DNA of 64,000 nt from the human T2T-CHM13v2.0 reference genome, Homo sapiens, in assembly GCF_009914755.1 (NCBI RefSeq), contig NC_060931.1; one strand, written 5' to 3'. Positions 1 to 17,079 of this stretch are shown here, piece after piece (positions within the stretch are counted from its first letter, which is position 1; the number at the start of each line of letters is the position of its first letter). The notes under the pieces are model-generated. The model worked only from the letters and a program-made list of their open reading frames with translations. It made no database searches and was not told the DNA's origin. The translations under genes and the position numbers were made by a program.

Positions 1-190
1 GACTTTGTGTGTAAAAAAGAATATGAAACGTCTCATTAATAATGTTTATATTGATTGCATGCTGAAATAATATTTTTGATAAGTTGGATTAAATGAAATA
101 TCTTATTAACATGCATTTCCCTGGTTTCTTTTTGGTATTGCCAGTAGGAAATTTAAAATTACACATTTTATTTCTATTGGGCGGTGCTGT
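1..190 (-). mobile_element. MER33 (hAT-Charlie) DNA transposon fragment, truncated by window edge
   Basis: Reverse complement matches the MER33 start (CAGCGCTGTCCAATAGAAAT..., AT-rich body). Confidence 0.75.
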
Positions 191-329
191 ATTATATAGA
201 ACACAACTATCACCCCACTGAGTTCCCTCATGCCTAGATACACCATTTTGTATCTTGATTCCTCTGTGATCCCAGAGAGAAGTTGATTCCAAAGTCCTTG
301 AATCATAGACACAAAGATGGGAACAACCT

Positions 330-621
330 GCTGGGCACGGTGGCTCAGGCCTGTGATCTCAGCACTTTGGGAGGCCAAGGCGGACAGATCACTTGAGATT
401 AGGAGTTCGAGACCAGCTTGGGCAACATAGGGAGACCCTGACTCTACCAAAAATACAAGAAAATTAGGTGGACATGGCGGCGGGTGCCTGTAGTCCCAGC
501 TGCTCGGGAGGCTGAGGTGGGAGGACTTCTTGAGCCCAGGAGTTCAGGGCTGCAGTGAACCATGATCACACCACTGCACTCCAGCCTGAGTGACACAGTG
601 AGACCCTGTCTCTAAAAAAAA
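330..621 (+). mobile_element. AluJ SINE
   Basis: Dimeric Alu with J-type right arm (GAGCCCAGGAGTTC..GCTGCAGTGA) and A tail. Confidence 0.9.
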
Positions 622-1007
622 GATAGCAAACTAAACACAAAATTTACCTGCCAAGAACAGTGGGGGATAGGTTATAAAAAGGTGCCTGGAAAGAATGCAG
701 GTAAGAGGTGAGAAGCATTTCTGGGAGGCAGACGGCAGTGGACAGGAGCCCCGGCTCAGAGCCTGGAGCAGGGAGTCAGCAGCAGAGCTGAGAGTGACTC
801 TCCTACTGTAGAACCCCTCAGATCTGTCAGGATTGAACTGAAGGCAGTCTCAGAGGAAGGGCAGACACCGAGTGACTGATGGGAGCATCATCTGTAGGAC
901 TGCTGGGGCAGGTACGGCTGCCCCACTTCCCTCCCCCAACCCTCCACTGTGCCACTTTAGCTTCCCCCCTAGGCCGAAGCCAGAGAGATCTTTCCAGTGA
1001 AAACTCT

Positions 1008-1835
<828 letters not shown>

Positions 1836-2009
1836 AAAAGCTGCTCAGAGGGGCAAATGCTCTTAGAATGGGGGCATGGGCCCCAAAAGCCCTTCCTCAT
1901 GTCATAACAGGGGGGCGGCTGGGGTAGCCTCTCCCTGCCTGGGTTCCCAAAAGCAGGGCTTCTGGAACCATCTGCAGCGAAAGACACCCCCAACCCCTCC
2001 TGCCTTTAA

Positions 2010-2250
2010 AAAAAATTCTAATCTGTTACGGCCTGATACTTTTGTGAAATATAATAAAAATTAATTACTAGAAAATAGAATTTTAAAAAAGACACTCAAG
2101 ACACAAGCTGGCCGATCATGCTTGGTTGTCGTGTCAATGTCAAAACTGCTATAAAAGTTTCTAAATGCTTAGTCTTAGTTTCGGCTCTTATCTCGGTGCG
2201 GACCGGTGCACTGAAGGACACAGGTCCCCAGACCAGATTTCTCAGAGCAT
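2010..2250 (-). mobile_element. Probable hAT-Charlie (Charlie4-like) fragment
   Basis: GTCAAAACTGCTATAAAAGTTTCTAAATGCTTA..GCGGACCGGT resembles Charlie-type subterminal sequence. Confidence 0.4.
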
Positions 2251-2629
2251 AGCCCTGGAGTCAAGGCTGCCTGTTGACACAGTATTCCTGCCCCCCGTTA
2301 TCCCAGCTGGCCTCTCCTCCATACAGAGGTTGGAAAAGACAAAGGAAACTCCACACGAGTCAACACGGACCTTCCCAAACATGGACAGAGATCAGCAGCT
2401 TGAAAGGGTGGGACTTAGATGAACAAATTGGACAATCATCTCCCAAGGGCAGGAAGGGAAGAAACAATGATGAGAAGGGAATGAAACATAATGATCCAAA
2501 AAGATCCTCCAATGAGAATCCGCAGAGAGATTCGAGCAGAGATCACATCCATCAAATAAGAACAAATTACTATGAAACAGGCTGCCTGAATAAAGGAACA
2601 GGTCATGGAAATTAAAAATAGGGTTGTCC

Positions 2630-3093
<464 letters not shown>

Positions 3094-3616
3094 TCAGAAA
3101 GACCAATGTCTACTTAGTTCCAGCAGGAAGAGAGAAGGTGGAGGGAGGAATTAATCATGAGATAACGATAATATTTGTCCGAGCTGAAGAATGACATGAT
3201 TCTTCATGAGGAGAGAGACCACGGAGGGCCAAGTAGGATGAATGAAAAAGATCTGTACCTAGATATAGCCTCATGACATTTCAGGAAAGAAAAAAAAAAA
3301 AAGATGGATAATGAGAAGGCTCTAAAATCTTTTAGAGAGAAAAATCATGCACACTGATGCCAAGTTCCCAGTGGGATTCAGAATTCTCATCAGCAACATT
3401 GGCTGCTAAAAGACAAGGAAGTCATGCATCAGTGTTCTCAGGGACATTTAATTTAAACTTAGAGTTCTGATTTCAACCAAATCATCAATTAAGTGTGAGA
3501 GCAAAATAAACATTTTCCTCAACATGCAGGGAACTTTGGAAATTTAATTCCTAAGCACTCCTCAAGAAAAACGTTCCTTGAGAATGGATGACAATAAAAT
3601 GAAAAAGAAATCTAGG

Positions 3617-3908
3617 GGCCAAGTGTGGTGGCTCACACCTATAATCCCAGCACTTTGGGAGGCTGAGGCAAGAGGACCAATTGCTTGAGGCCAGGAGTTC
3701 AAGAGGAGCCTGGGAAACATAGCAAGACCCCATCTCTAAAACCAAACAAACAAACACCTAAAAATTGGCTGTGTACACACCTATGGTCCTAGCTACTCAT
3801 GAGGCTGAGGTGTGAGGATTCCTTGAGCCCTGGAGTTGGAGGCTGCTGTGAGCCATGATTGAACCACTGCACTCCAGCCTGAATAACAGAGCAAGGTCTC
3901 AAAAAAAT
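3617..3908 (+). mobile_element. AluJ SINE
   Basis: Diverged dimer; degenerate TSD ATCTAGG. Confidence 0.9.
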
Positions 3909-4032
3909 ATCTAGGAAAAAGGATCTCAGAAAGACTGAAATAAATAAGTGAAAATAATTCTTTTAAATATAAATAAATAGGACAATTTAAAAAATAACAA
4001 TTGTGCAAGAGACCTACAAAAATGTCAGTATA

Positions 4033-5333
4033 CAAGGAGACTTCAAAAAATTCATTGAGAAATGAAATTAAAATATAAAAATAAAAAATATAAATGTTAT
4101 TTCCCAACATAAGCTCCATCAAGGTCAACACTTTGGAAAATTATGATATCACCCATTGAGTTCATGCCTAAAGAACTGAGGGTCCTTGGAATTTCATCAT
4201 GTCAATGCAGTCTTTTTTGCATTTGTAACTGAAGGAGGATGGGTGCCCTTTGCAGATTTTTTAAGATTAGGAAACAAAGAGAAGTCAGAAGGAGTCAAAT
4301 CAGGACTGTACTGTAGATGCCTGATGATGTCCCACTGAAACTCTCACAAAATTGCCCTTCTTTGATGAAAGGAATGAGCAGGAGCATTGCCATGGAGGAG
4401 AAGGACTGTCTGATGAAGTTTTCCCTAGCGTATTTCTGCTAAAGTTCTGGCTAACCTTCTCAAAATACTCTCACAATAAGCAGATATTATTGTACTTTGG
4501 CCATCCAGAAATAGAACAAGCAACATGCCTTGAGCATCCCCTAAAATTCTTGCCATGGCCTTTGCTCTTGACTGCTTCACTCTTGCTTTGCTTTGACTGG
4601 ACTCCTTCTACCTCTTGGTAGCCATTACTTTGATTGTGCCTTGTCTTCAGGATGGTACCAGTGAAGCCATGTTTCATCTCTTGCTACAATTCTTTGAAGA
4701 CATGCTTCAGGATCTTGATCCCACTTGTTTAAAATTTCCACTGAAAGCTCTGCTCTTTTCTGTAGCTGATGTAGGTGCAATGGTTTTGGCACTCAACAAG
4801 TGGAAAATTTGATCAATTTTAATTTTTCAGCCAGAATGGTGTGAGCTGAACCAGTTGAGATGTCCGTGGTGTTGGCCCTTATTTCTGCTGTTAATCATCA
4901 GTCTTTTTCAACTAGGGTGTGAACAAGATGAGTTTCTTTCTCACGACTTGATGTTGGGGGGAGGGGGGGGCTTCATCTTCAACATTGTTTTGTCCCTTCT
5001 AAAAAAGAGTTGTCCATTTCTAAACTGCTAGTTTCTTTGGGGGCACTGTCCCCAAAAACTTTGCCAAGCATCAATGATTTCGCCATTCTCCCACTCGAGT
5101 TTCACCATAATTTTGATGTTGCTTCTTGCTTCAATTTTAGCAGAATTCATGTTACTCCAATAGGGACTTTTTATAAACTGATTCCTTAGCCTTCTTAGTG
5201 CTCCAAACTGGATCCTTTTCAGACATGTTATAACCAGTTCACATGCGTTTATTTTGGTGCCAAAAAAAATTTAAATCTATGCATGGTTTTTTCAAAATAT
5301 GCGTTTTCCATGAACTTTTTGAAATCTCTTCCA
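4033..5333 (-). mobile_element. Full-length Hsmar2 (HSMAR2) mariner DNA transposon
   Basis: About 1.3 kb; degenerate TIRs CAAGGAGACTTCAAAAAATTCATTG.. and ..TTTTCCATGAACTTTTTGAA; TA on the left flank. Confidence 0.93.
4097..5150 (-). pseudogene. Disabled Hsmar2 mariner transposase
   Basis: Hand translation: MNSAKIEARSNIK.. from 5150, KWDQDPEACLQRIVARDETWLHWYHPEDKAQSK*W, VLLLHGNAP (catalytic D to G), QYSPDLTPSDF, GAYVGK* ending 4097; in-frame stop and frameshifts. Confidence 0.9.
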
Positions 5334-5625
5334 ATATCAGAGCTTTTAGTAAAGACCCTGGCTAGCTAGTGGAAAGATCTTAGCTGCTAAAAGAACTGAA
5401 AAGAATTGTTGAAGTACCGGATGGGACTAATTTTTAAGCCAGATCCATCTGGAAGTCTTATTTGATCAAAAATGGTCATTTCTAAGGAGCTCAACTAGGA
5501 AGGGCGTGAGCAAGGACTATATGGGTGTGCTTAATTTTCAGTGTGTGCCCCTTTATTCTGACAAATGTCTATTTCCACAACCGTGCAATTCTTTCATAAT
5601 AAAAATAAAATCATTTACACAAGAA

Positions 5626-5717
5626 GCGTGTGCATGTGCATATGTGTGTGTGTGTCTGTGCATTTGTGTGCACGCATATGTGTGTGCATGCATGTGTGTG
5701 TGTGCATATGTGTGTGT
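5626..5717. repeat. Imperfect (TG)n/(TGCA) microsatellite
   Basis: Largely alternating purine-pyrimidine tract. Confidence 0.9.
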
Positions 5718-6943
5718 ACACTACTGAATAATAAATACCAGGGCAGAGCTGATCAGTTCTCTTACCTCCCTGCATTCAAGCAGTCAAGTGATCGTAGCAT
5801 GGATCTGTGGTGTGGTCACAGGTCACATACTCAAATCCTTCTTGTGTTTAGAGAAAACCCCTCTGTTATCTGGAAAGCATCTTGTCTTTCTTCTGGGCCC
5901 CTCCTCCATGATAGTAGGAAAAGTAAAACTTTTAGCTCTCTCTGGCTTAAAATTTAGCCCAATCCAGTAATTGATTAGTCCTTTTAGATGGTACTCAGTC
6001 TTTCTGGATTGACATGTTGAGTCTCTCATGCAGCCGTCCCCTCCCTCAGCTTCCCCCTCTCGGATGGTTCCTGAGTGTGCAGGAGGAGAGTGGCTCATAG
6101 GGGCCTGGAAGGTCCCAGAGGACGTCTTGGGGTCCCAAGCCTCTGTCCTCTGTTTCTCAGTTCTCTAAGACAATGCCCCTTCCTTGGCTGATTGTGCTGG
6201 CCTTGCTGGAATTCATGCTGATTTCCAGCTTGGGTATAACACACAGTCTGCTTTCTCCCAGCTCGGCTGAGTGTCTGTCATATTCCTATCCAGCCTGGAA
6301 GTCCACCTGCCGCCTCTGCAAAGGGGTCACGTTGCAGCATCTCAGTCACTCAGCTAACTGTCACTGCACCGGGAACTTAAAAGCAGCTTGGGAAAGCCCA
6401 TGCTTCAGGCCTCTCTGCAGGACATGGAGTGGCACTCGGTTTTTGCAAGGGCAGCCCAAGATGCAGGTCTGGCCCTGCCCCACTATCCCCTCCCTGTCTG
6501 CTCTGTGCAGGAGGAGGCCAGTACACCCACCTCTCCCCCTGGGGAAGCTGAGAAAGAAAAGTGATATCTGCCCCTAGTGCATGCATCCGTGTGTGGACAG
6601 ACATGTGCACGCTCTTTTTCCATCTGAACAGAGACAACTGGACTAGCCCCTGAGATGGGGATTCTCATGTGAGTGGTTAATTGAGGGGTGCTCTCAAGAG
6701 CAGGAAAGTGAGAGGAGGGGAAGAGCAGAGAGGGAGAGCTGGATGGGGAGGTGATGCCAGCTGGTGTTGAGACTTGACCCCTTCTCCCGGGAGCTCTGGA
6801 GCATGAATGGCCTGTTGGGCTGATGGGCTCCACCATCCGTCAGTCACTGGTTGCAGGCTGCCTGGAGGTGGTGTGTGTAACATGTCTTCTCTCAAAACAG
6901 GGTCACTTTGAGCTGAGATCATCTTAGAAACAGGGAGGGCAGA

Positions 6944-7327
<384 letters not shown>

Positions 7328-8589
7328 TTAAATCAGTTCAATTTTTGAAACTGTCAGCTTGGCTTGCCTCAATGCCCCTTCCTCACTACTGTCCCCCATA
7401 CGCCTCCGTATGTCTCCCAGTGCTCTCCATCTTCTGTGGTTCTTCCCCTTACAAACGTTAGCCATTTATAGTAGCTTAAGAGTTGTCTGCATCCCCCCAC
7501 AAGAGATTAAAAAAATGGGGAGAACAGAGAGGCTGAGGCCGTACCTTGGTCTCAACGCTGTGTTAGGAGCCATTGCTGGATTGTATGGAGAGTGAAATGG
7601 AATGAGAGAGGGAACCCAGGGGAGGTTGTGGTTCTGTCTCTTAAATGACCCCTCCTTTGCTAGGGCAGTCCCCCTTCGTTCCCTCGCCTCCAGAGAGCAA
7701 TCTCAGCCAGTGGCAGCTGCCTGTGACTCTGGGAAAATCATTCCTTATCAGTGAAACAGTCACACGCTTGGGACAGCAAGAAAGCATTTCACAAACTATT
7801 GATCTGAGAATTAATATATTGCTTTTTTCCCAGATGCCACACCTCACTGCCGTGGTATATATTAATACCCCACAAAATAGCATCAAGAGCAAAACAGAAC
7901 CCTATAAGCCTTTAATTATGTTTTACGTACTTTATACTTCTACGTGGTTATTGCTCTCTGCCTCTGCAAGCTCATGCCTCTTAATTTCAGATTGTTTCCA
8001 AGCCATCTCCCTATGCAGAGATGATTCCAGAAAGGCATCAATGTGTCCACATTACCCCACACTGATAAAAAATAACCCACTGAGAGGTCCATTTACTTTC
8101 CTGACTGCTGAACACCTTCAATGACCCCTGACTTGTTGGCTGTTTTTTCTTAAAAAAAATTCTTGCAGAAAGCATGGCTCATATCCAGGAGGAAAATACT
8201 TTCCATCTGTAGGCTGGTAATACACATGCAACAGTTTTCAATTGCTTGGGCTATGAAATATGATGATAGCCATCTATATATTTCACGGGGGGAAAGGATA
8301 CCTTGAAATTCACTCCACTACCGTGCTGGCGTGGAGGCATTTCTGCACGAAATGTGCAAAACGATTGTATGCTCATGAGAATACCACGACTAAAATGAAC
8401 TCAGGGCTTTCTGATCTAAGCCTTGAGGACAGCTCCAGGTGGTCCTATAGAGGCTCTGTTTTCTGCGTGAGGCAGATAAATGTTGGAGAAATGTGGCAAC
8501 ATCCGATTCACCGCTCATGGCTGTGTACTGTCTGCTTTTCCTTTCCAAGGGGAGAGGTGACAGTCCCTGAAACTTGACCACCATTTTCT

Positions 8590-8800
8590 TCCCCCGTTAA
8601 TCAACATTAGGGTAATTGGCACGCTACATCCATTTACAGTGTGGCGTGTGTGCTTGCGGCTCTCTATAAATAATGAAAAAATCACAGTAATGACCAGAAA
8701 TGTGTGTGAGGCGTCGCGGCGAGCGTGTAATGGATGCTTTGTTTGTCTTCGGGGACTGTATTACCAGCATGTAACTGATTAGGCTTTAAAACGCTCTAGG
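8590..8800. promoter_or_regulatory. Candidate distal enhancer core within a repeat-free island
   Basis: TAATTG 8613, MEF2-type CTATAAATAA 8664, TAATGG 8728, retained CpG cluster 8711-8727; motif-based inference only. Confidence 0.35.
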
Positions 8801-9715
8801 TTACCTGAGGCCCGGAAGGTGCTTCATCACCTCTGAGTCTGTTCTCCTCTGCCGGGAACTTAACAGAGGTCCAATATTTGCTTTTGGTTCCCCCTGTTTA
8901 AAGACGGAAAATATTTAGCCCTGCTCGTCCATCACCATGCCTGCCGATTGCTTTTTCTCCTCCCTTTGCTTTTAGAGGAAGAAACTGGAAACACTCAGGC
9001 CGTATAAACAGCTTTGAGTTATGTCTGTTTTTTAGCACACAATGTTTGAGTACGCAAGTCAGGGCTCATTAAAAACACGAATGTTGTAGCTTATACAATT
9101 GGCCTCTTTAAACACAGTCGTCCACACACCAGTGGTTCTCGAACTGTTTTATAGTAGTCTGGGTTTTTTTTATGGGGCATCTCTCAGTATCTACGTGCAT
9201 AACACACTCCAGCGTATTTCCCTAAGGTTCTGCTGGGCACAGCGGTACTCACACCATCACTCCAGCCAAAGAAGAAGTAAACATCCCGTGATTAAAGTGA
9301 GAACCAACTGTCACTTTATCAATGTGGACACCAGCGTGTGACAGTTACGTTGCAACTATTTAGAAGAATTTCATGAACCTCTGAGCTTGCACACACTTAT
9401 GCTGTTTAACTTTAGCCTTGGCATATTTTGCACCCTGTAAAATCAAATGCATTGTTAGCTGCTTGGACCCAAACCGTGCATAGCATGTTTGAAAATCGAC
9501 ATGTTTCCAACCTTTGATTTTCTCAATCAAAGAATTGTGTCTATTTGGAATGTGTCTGCTAAAATGGCTGAGTTCAGAGTATAAGAACACAGAGAGAAAT
9601 AGCAGGGCTGCGAGGAAAGGGTTAGCCGAGGGAGGAAAACAGGAGGAAGGGAAACTTTACAAGGTCAGACAGGGAGCGCTGGAGAAAGAAAAGAATGATT
9701 AGAAGTGAGAGGAAC

Positions 9716-10030
9716 GGCCACGCGCGGTGGCTCACGCCTGTAATCCTAGCACTTTGGGAGGCCGAGGCAGGCAGATCACCTGACGCCAGGAGTTCCAGAC
9801 CAGCCCGGCCAACGTGGTGAAACCCCGTCTCTACTAAAAATGCAAAAAATTTAGCCAGGCATGGGGTCGCGCTTCTGTAATTCCAGCTACTCAGGAGGCT
9901 GAGACATGAGAATCACTTGAGCCCGGGAGGTGGAGGTTGCAGTGAGCCGACATGATGCCACTGTATTCCAGCCTGGGTGACAGACTCCGTCTCAAATAAA
10001 TAAATAAATAAATAAATAAAAAGAAAGAAC
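9716..10030 (+). mobile_element. AluS with (TAAA)n tail
   Basis: TSD AGAAGTGAGAGG at 9701 and 10031. Confidence 0.9.
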
Positions 10031-10268
10031 AGAAGTGAGAGGTAGAACAAATCACTCTGATCAGAGAGAAGCCAATGCTGGTGACATCAATAAGGTTCAG
10101 TAATATTCAGCACGAAATACAAGAGGCAAATACACTGAAAAAATAGGCAAACCATCATGGAGCCGGAAGGCTTTCATTTGGCAAACAGTCCAAGACCCCC
10201 ATCCTGTGCACTGCCAATGGGGGGGCACACACAGAGCAAAATTAAAACAAGAGCAGCCAAACACACCC

Positions 10269-10286
10269 TCTCTCCCTCTCTCTCTC

Positions 10287-10320
<34 letters not shown>
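10269..10320. repeat. Compound (CT)n(CA)n microsatellite
   Basis: Direct reading. Confidence 0.95.
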
Positions 10321-10322
<2 letters not shown>

Positions 10323-10705
10323 CGCTTTGGTTTTCAGCACCAGTTTTTGTATCAGGGGATGCTGAGATGAAATTACTGTGTGGAAATGGCCCATACAATT
10401 TTAAAGCACTTGACTAGATAAATGAATGATATCAATATTTTATTAATAACTCTTAAGATCACTGGGCCCGCATACATGACTGTGGATGCAGCTAGTTCCT
10501 TTAAAGTGTGGTGTTCTACTCCTTCATGACCTGGCCTGTCCCAGTAACACCACTGCATATTTGAGCCACGGAACAGAGCATTCTGAACAACTTTCTACGT
10601 ATTTCAAAATTATATTTAGCAATAATTATATCAATCTGTAATAATCATTACTTTAATCTGTTCTATGGCTTTCAATGATCAGTTATAAAAAGAATGGATT
10701 TTTCA

Positions 10706-11014
<309 letters not shown>

Positions 11015-11413
11015 GATTTTTCAGTTTTAAAGGTGTTATGCAAATTCAGGAAAAGATTCTGGGTAAATACTGAAATGTGTACCTACAACAAAAATATGGC
11101 AATTTGGGATTCACCGTCTGTTTCAGTGTTTTAAACGTTAAACATAAACTACAAGTGATCACAAAAATGGCAGCAATTAAGTAACTCAAGCTCTGTTTTG
11201 TTGTCCTTCTCACTGTTATTTTATTCTCGTTCATTTGGAATCTACCTTTTAAGCACAGGAATCTGTAGGACCGTAGGGGTTCGAGACAAGAATCTGCCAG
11301 AAATGAACCCAAACAATCTTGAAACTTTAGGAATCTACACTTTTATTTTCAGTAGCTTTATTGAGATATCATTTACATACCATAATGTTCACCGATTTAA
11401 AGTGTGCAATTCA

Positions 11414-11578
<165 letters not shown>

Positions 11579-11615
11579 TCAGTTCAATGGTTTTTAGTAT
11601 ATCTACAGAATTGGT

Positions 11616-12113
<498 letters not shown>

Positions 12114-13150
12114 TGTCTAATTTTAGAACTTTTTCTTCCTCCCCCAAACAAACCTCGTACGCATTAGCAGTCATTCTCCTTTCTCCACCCCCTCTCCCCA
12201 AATCTCCTCCGTCACCCCTCCCTACCCCTAGCCAACAATCACTCTTCTCTTTATTTCTATGGAGTTACCTGTTCCGGGAATTTTCTATAAATGGAATCAT
12301 ACAGTAGTCAGACTTTTGTGTCTGGCTTCTTTCACTTAGCGTCATGTTTTCAGAGTTCTCCCACGTGGTAGCAGGTATCAGTATTTCTTTCCTTTTGTTG
12401 CCAAAAATTATTTGTTTCTAGAAATAGATGACAAGTTATTTATCTGTTTATCGGCTGATGAACTTATATTGTTTCTACTTGTCGGCTGTTGTGAATAACA
12501 CTATGAACACCGATGTGCAGGCTTTGTGTTAAGAGATGTTTTCATTTCTCTTGGGTAGATACCTAAGAGTGGAATTGCTGGGTCATATGTATAACTGCGC
12601 ATTTAACATTCTCAGGAGCTGCTAGAGTGTTTTCCAAAGCAGCTGCACCATTTTACATCCACTCCAACAGTGTTCAAGCATTCTAATTTCCCCAATACTT
12701 GTTACTCTTTTCTTTATGGTAGTCATTTAAATGGTGTATGGTGGCATCTCATTGTGGTTTTGACTTGCATTTGTCTAATGACTAATGATGTTGAGAACCT
12801 TTTCTTTATTTACTGGCCATTTGTGAATCTTCTTTAGAGAAACGTCTGTTCAAATCCTTGGCTGATTTAAAAAATGGGATTGTCTTTTTATTATTGAGTT
12901 AGAAGTGTTCTTTATATATTCTGGCTACAAGTCCCATATCAGATTTGTGATTTGCACATGTTTTCCCCCACTCTGTGGGCTTTTTCACTTTCTAGATGGT
13001 ATTGTTTGTAACACAGAAATTTTAATTTAATTGCTTATGCATTTGGTGAAATAGCTAAGAAATTATTGGCGAACCCAAGGTCACAAATATTTATTCCCAT
13101 GTTTTCTTCTGAGACTTTTACAGTTTTAACCTTTACGTTTAGGTCTATGA

Positions 13151-13471
<321 letters not shown>

Positions 13472-15340
13472 TGATGCTCTTTGATGGAATATTTATGTAT
13501 GGTGTGAGGTAGAGATCCAAATTCATTCTTTTGCATGTAGATATCCGTGAGTCCATCATCCATCCATTATCATCCATCACCATAATAGAAACGATTCTTT
13601 CCTCATTGAAGTGTCTTGACACGCTTGTCAAAAATCCATTATGTTTGGACTCTCAGTTTTATTCAATTTTTCTCTATGTCTATCCTTATGCTAGTACCAC
13701 ACTATCTTGATTACTGTCATCTTGTAGTAAGTTTTGAAATTAGGAGCTGTGAGTCCTTCAACTTTGTTCTTCATTTTCAAGACTGTCTTGAATATTCTGG
13801 GGCCCTTGAATTTCCATATGAATTTTAGGATAAGCTTGTTCAACTTCTGCAAAGAAAAAAAAAACAGCTGGGATTTTGATAGGAAATTGTGTTGAACCTG
13901 TAGATCAACTTGAGGAGTATGAACGTGGGTTGTCTTCCTATTTATTTAGATTACCTTTAATTGCTTTTGACAATGTGTTGTAGTTTTCAGTATACAAGTC
14001 TTATACTTCTTAGTTATCCCTAAGTATCCTATTCTTTTTGATGCTATTGTACATGAATTGTTTTCTTAATTTTATTTTTGAATGGTTTATTGTTATCATC
14101 TAGAAACACAATTGATTTTTGCATATTGATTTTGTATCCTTCAACTTTGCAGAACTCATATTTAGTTTCAATAGTTTTAGTGGGTTCCTTGAGATTTTCT
14201 ACAAAATCATGTTATCTGAGAATAAGGATTGTTTTACTTCTTCTTTTCCAATCTGGAAGTCTTTCATTTCTTTTTCTTTCCTAACTGCCCTGGCTAGAGG
14301 CTCCAGCAGTGGCCAGAGTGGATGACCTTGTCTTGTTGCCACGGGAACTCACTCTTGGGGAGCAGCTGAGTTGGGGGGATGTTGGGAGCCGACTGCAGGA
14401 ACGGGAGTTCTTGGAATTAACTCCCAGGTAGTATACAATATGTATTAAAGCTTGAGTAATAAAAACTGTGCTAATCCAGAGTGCACATAGCTATTATTAA
14501 AACCCAACAGTCACCACAGCAATTGTTTAGAACTTAGCCCGAACAAAGATTTTTTTCTTTTTCGATGAGGAATAGCTGATCATGGGCATTGTGTAGAATT
14601 GCTGGTGCATGGTGATAATAGAAACAGTCTAACTCTTCATTGGTTTTATTGTTAATTTTAAATTCTCTACAGACAATGGACCCTTTCCTGCAGGAGCCTG
14701 GAGTAGGTGGCTCCCAGTGTGCTCCACCCTTGGGGTGCCAATGCCCACCCCACTTTTCTGACACCCTCTGAAGCCTACTCAGACACAAATCTTTCTCTGA
14801 TGTGCACACCAGTTCAGCCATGAGCATGGCCTGGGTCTTATCCATTCCTGCCTCCCTTCCGACACTGTGCACACGTGCTTCAGAGTGGAATTGAGACGGC
14901 CTGGGCCCCATTGATTGGCACTCTCTGCTCTACCCCAGCACTGGTCTTTGGGGCCCATGTGCAGACAGCCCAGGATGGCAATCACAGGGCTGCAGTGTCT
15001 CAGTCCAAAAACCTTTAGGCAGAGCAAACACAAGCTAGAAGGACCCAGTCTGAGTCACTCAGTTCCACTGTGAGTGCATCGTGGGACCCGGGGCCCATGG
15101 TGCAGCTCTTTCAGTTTCTCTTCTGTGAAATGAGGACAGTGGTGCAGTCTCAACCTGTTGCCACCACCCAGCCTCCTCCCCTTTCTCCTCCACCTCCTTC
15201 CCTGCCCACCTCAGAGTGGAAAGTTTTGTTAAGGTGGCTGTATTATTGAGTCTTCGGGAGGAGTGAGGTGTCAGGAATGAAAAGGGGGAGAAACAGCCTG
15301 CTTACATCATTCCTACCCCCTAGCCCCCTAGGGGCTCACA

Positions 15341-15900
<560 letters not shown>

Positions 15901-16079
15901 TGACATACATATTTTAAAATGTGTTTTATTTTTTACATGGATTAGGGGAAAGTGGAGAAGATATGGCTTTCTTACATAAGCCCACTAACTGAGATCAGCG
16001 ATTTCTAGAAAAAGAGACAGCGAATTGTTTTGAATGACGAAGTGCGTGCCCCTGAGGGAGCTTTAAAGGAGATGAAGCT

Positions 16080-16370
16080 GCCAGGCTCTACCCAAGTGCC
16101 CCCGTGCTTATCACTTCTGGGTGCAAAGGCCCCACTTGCACCAGCTGTAACCACCTGGGACTTTCTGCCTGAAGGTGTTCTCTGTTTTATATGAGTGGCC
16201 CTAGGAGCAGCTCTCAGCCCATAACTGGTGGAGTTGCAGGATAAATAACCCAGTTATCTCAACTCTCTGGTAGGGTAACTCCAAGGTATGTTCTGTCCTG
16301 TCTCCTGGAGGCTCCTAGCAGGACTGCATTCCAGTTGCCTATCATGGGGACTGGATCCAGGATGAACATG
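16080..16370 (+). mobile_element. LTR16C-like ERVL LTR fragment
   Basis: GGATAAATAACCCAG..GGTAACTCC..TCCAGTTGCC motifs. Confidence 0.6.
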
Positions 16371-16440
16371 TTATCTGTTGCAGGCAAAGGGAAGAGGTCT
16401 GAGAGAGGATCTCTTGGGAATCCCAGGAGGCAGGGACACC

Positions 16441-16735
16441 TTTTTTTTTTTTTTAAGAATTTTTTTTTTCAGAGATGAGGTCTTGGTATTTTGTCCAGGC
16501 TGGTCTCAAACTCCTGGACTCAAGCACTCCTCCAGTCTCAGCCTCTCCAGTAGCTAGGACTATAGGCTCACACCACCATGCCTGACTAATTTTACTTAAT
16601 GTTATTTTATTTTTTGTAGAGATGGGGGTCTCACTATGTTGCCCAGGCTGGTCTCAAACTCCTGGGCTCAAGCAATCCTCCTGCCTCAGCCTCCCAGAAC
16701 GCTAGGATTACAGGCATGAGCCACTGCACTTGGCC
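16441..16735 (-). mobile_element. AluJ with atypical hybrid second arm
   Basis: Both arms end in left-arm sequence (GGCTGGTCTCAAACTCCTGG); the right-arm insert is missing. Confidence 0.8.
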
Positions 16736-17079
16736 TTCAGCTCGGTTTTTTAAAGGTCCTTGCAATTCTTAACATGGGACAACATGCCAAAAATAGTTAC
16801 AATGCTGCATATATTTAAAGTATTTTCCTGAAATAATCTACTCTTTTAACACACAATGCAATATAATTGTGCTTTTCACAAGTTGATTAGAGGATATATT
16901 TTTTAAATCCTTTGATTCATTTTGCAGGATGGGTGGCATGGGCCGATATGGAGGCATCACCTATAGTTGCATGAAGAAAGTTGTCTCCTTTTAAAATTGT
17001 CAGAGTAGCTCTGTGACCATGTGTATGACCTCATTTGGAGATAATGTCATAAAGCCATGCGGGAAACCCTTTGGGAATG

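Noticed and set aside
4097-5150. Active or domesticated mariner transposase
   Set aside because: In-frame stop, frameshifts and loss of a catalytic Asp.
7645-8124. 159-aa ORF in unique sequence
   Set aside because: No recognisable homology or coding-like composition; cannot be supported without conservation or ribosome-profiling data.
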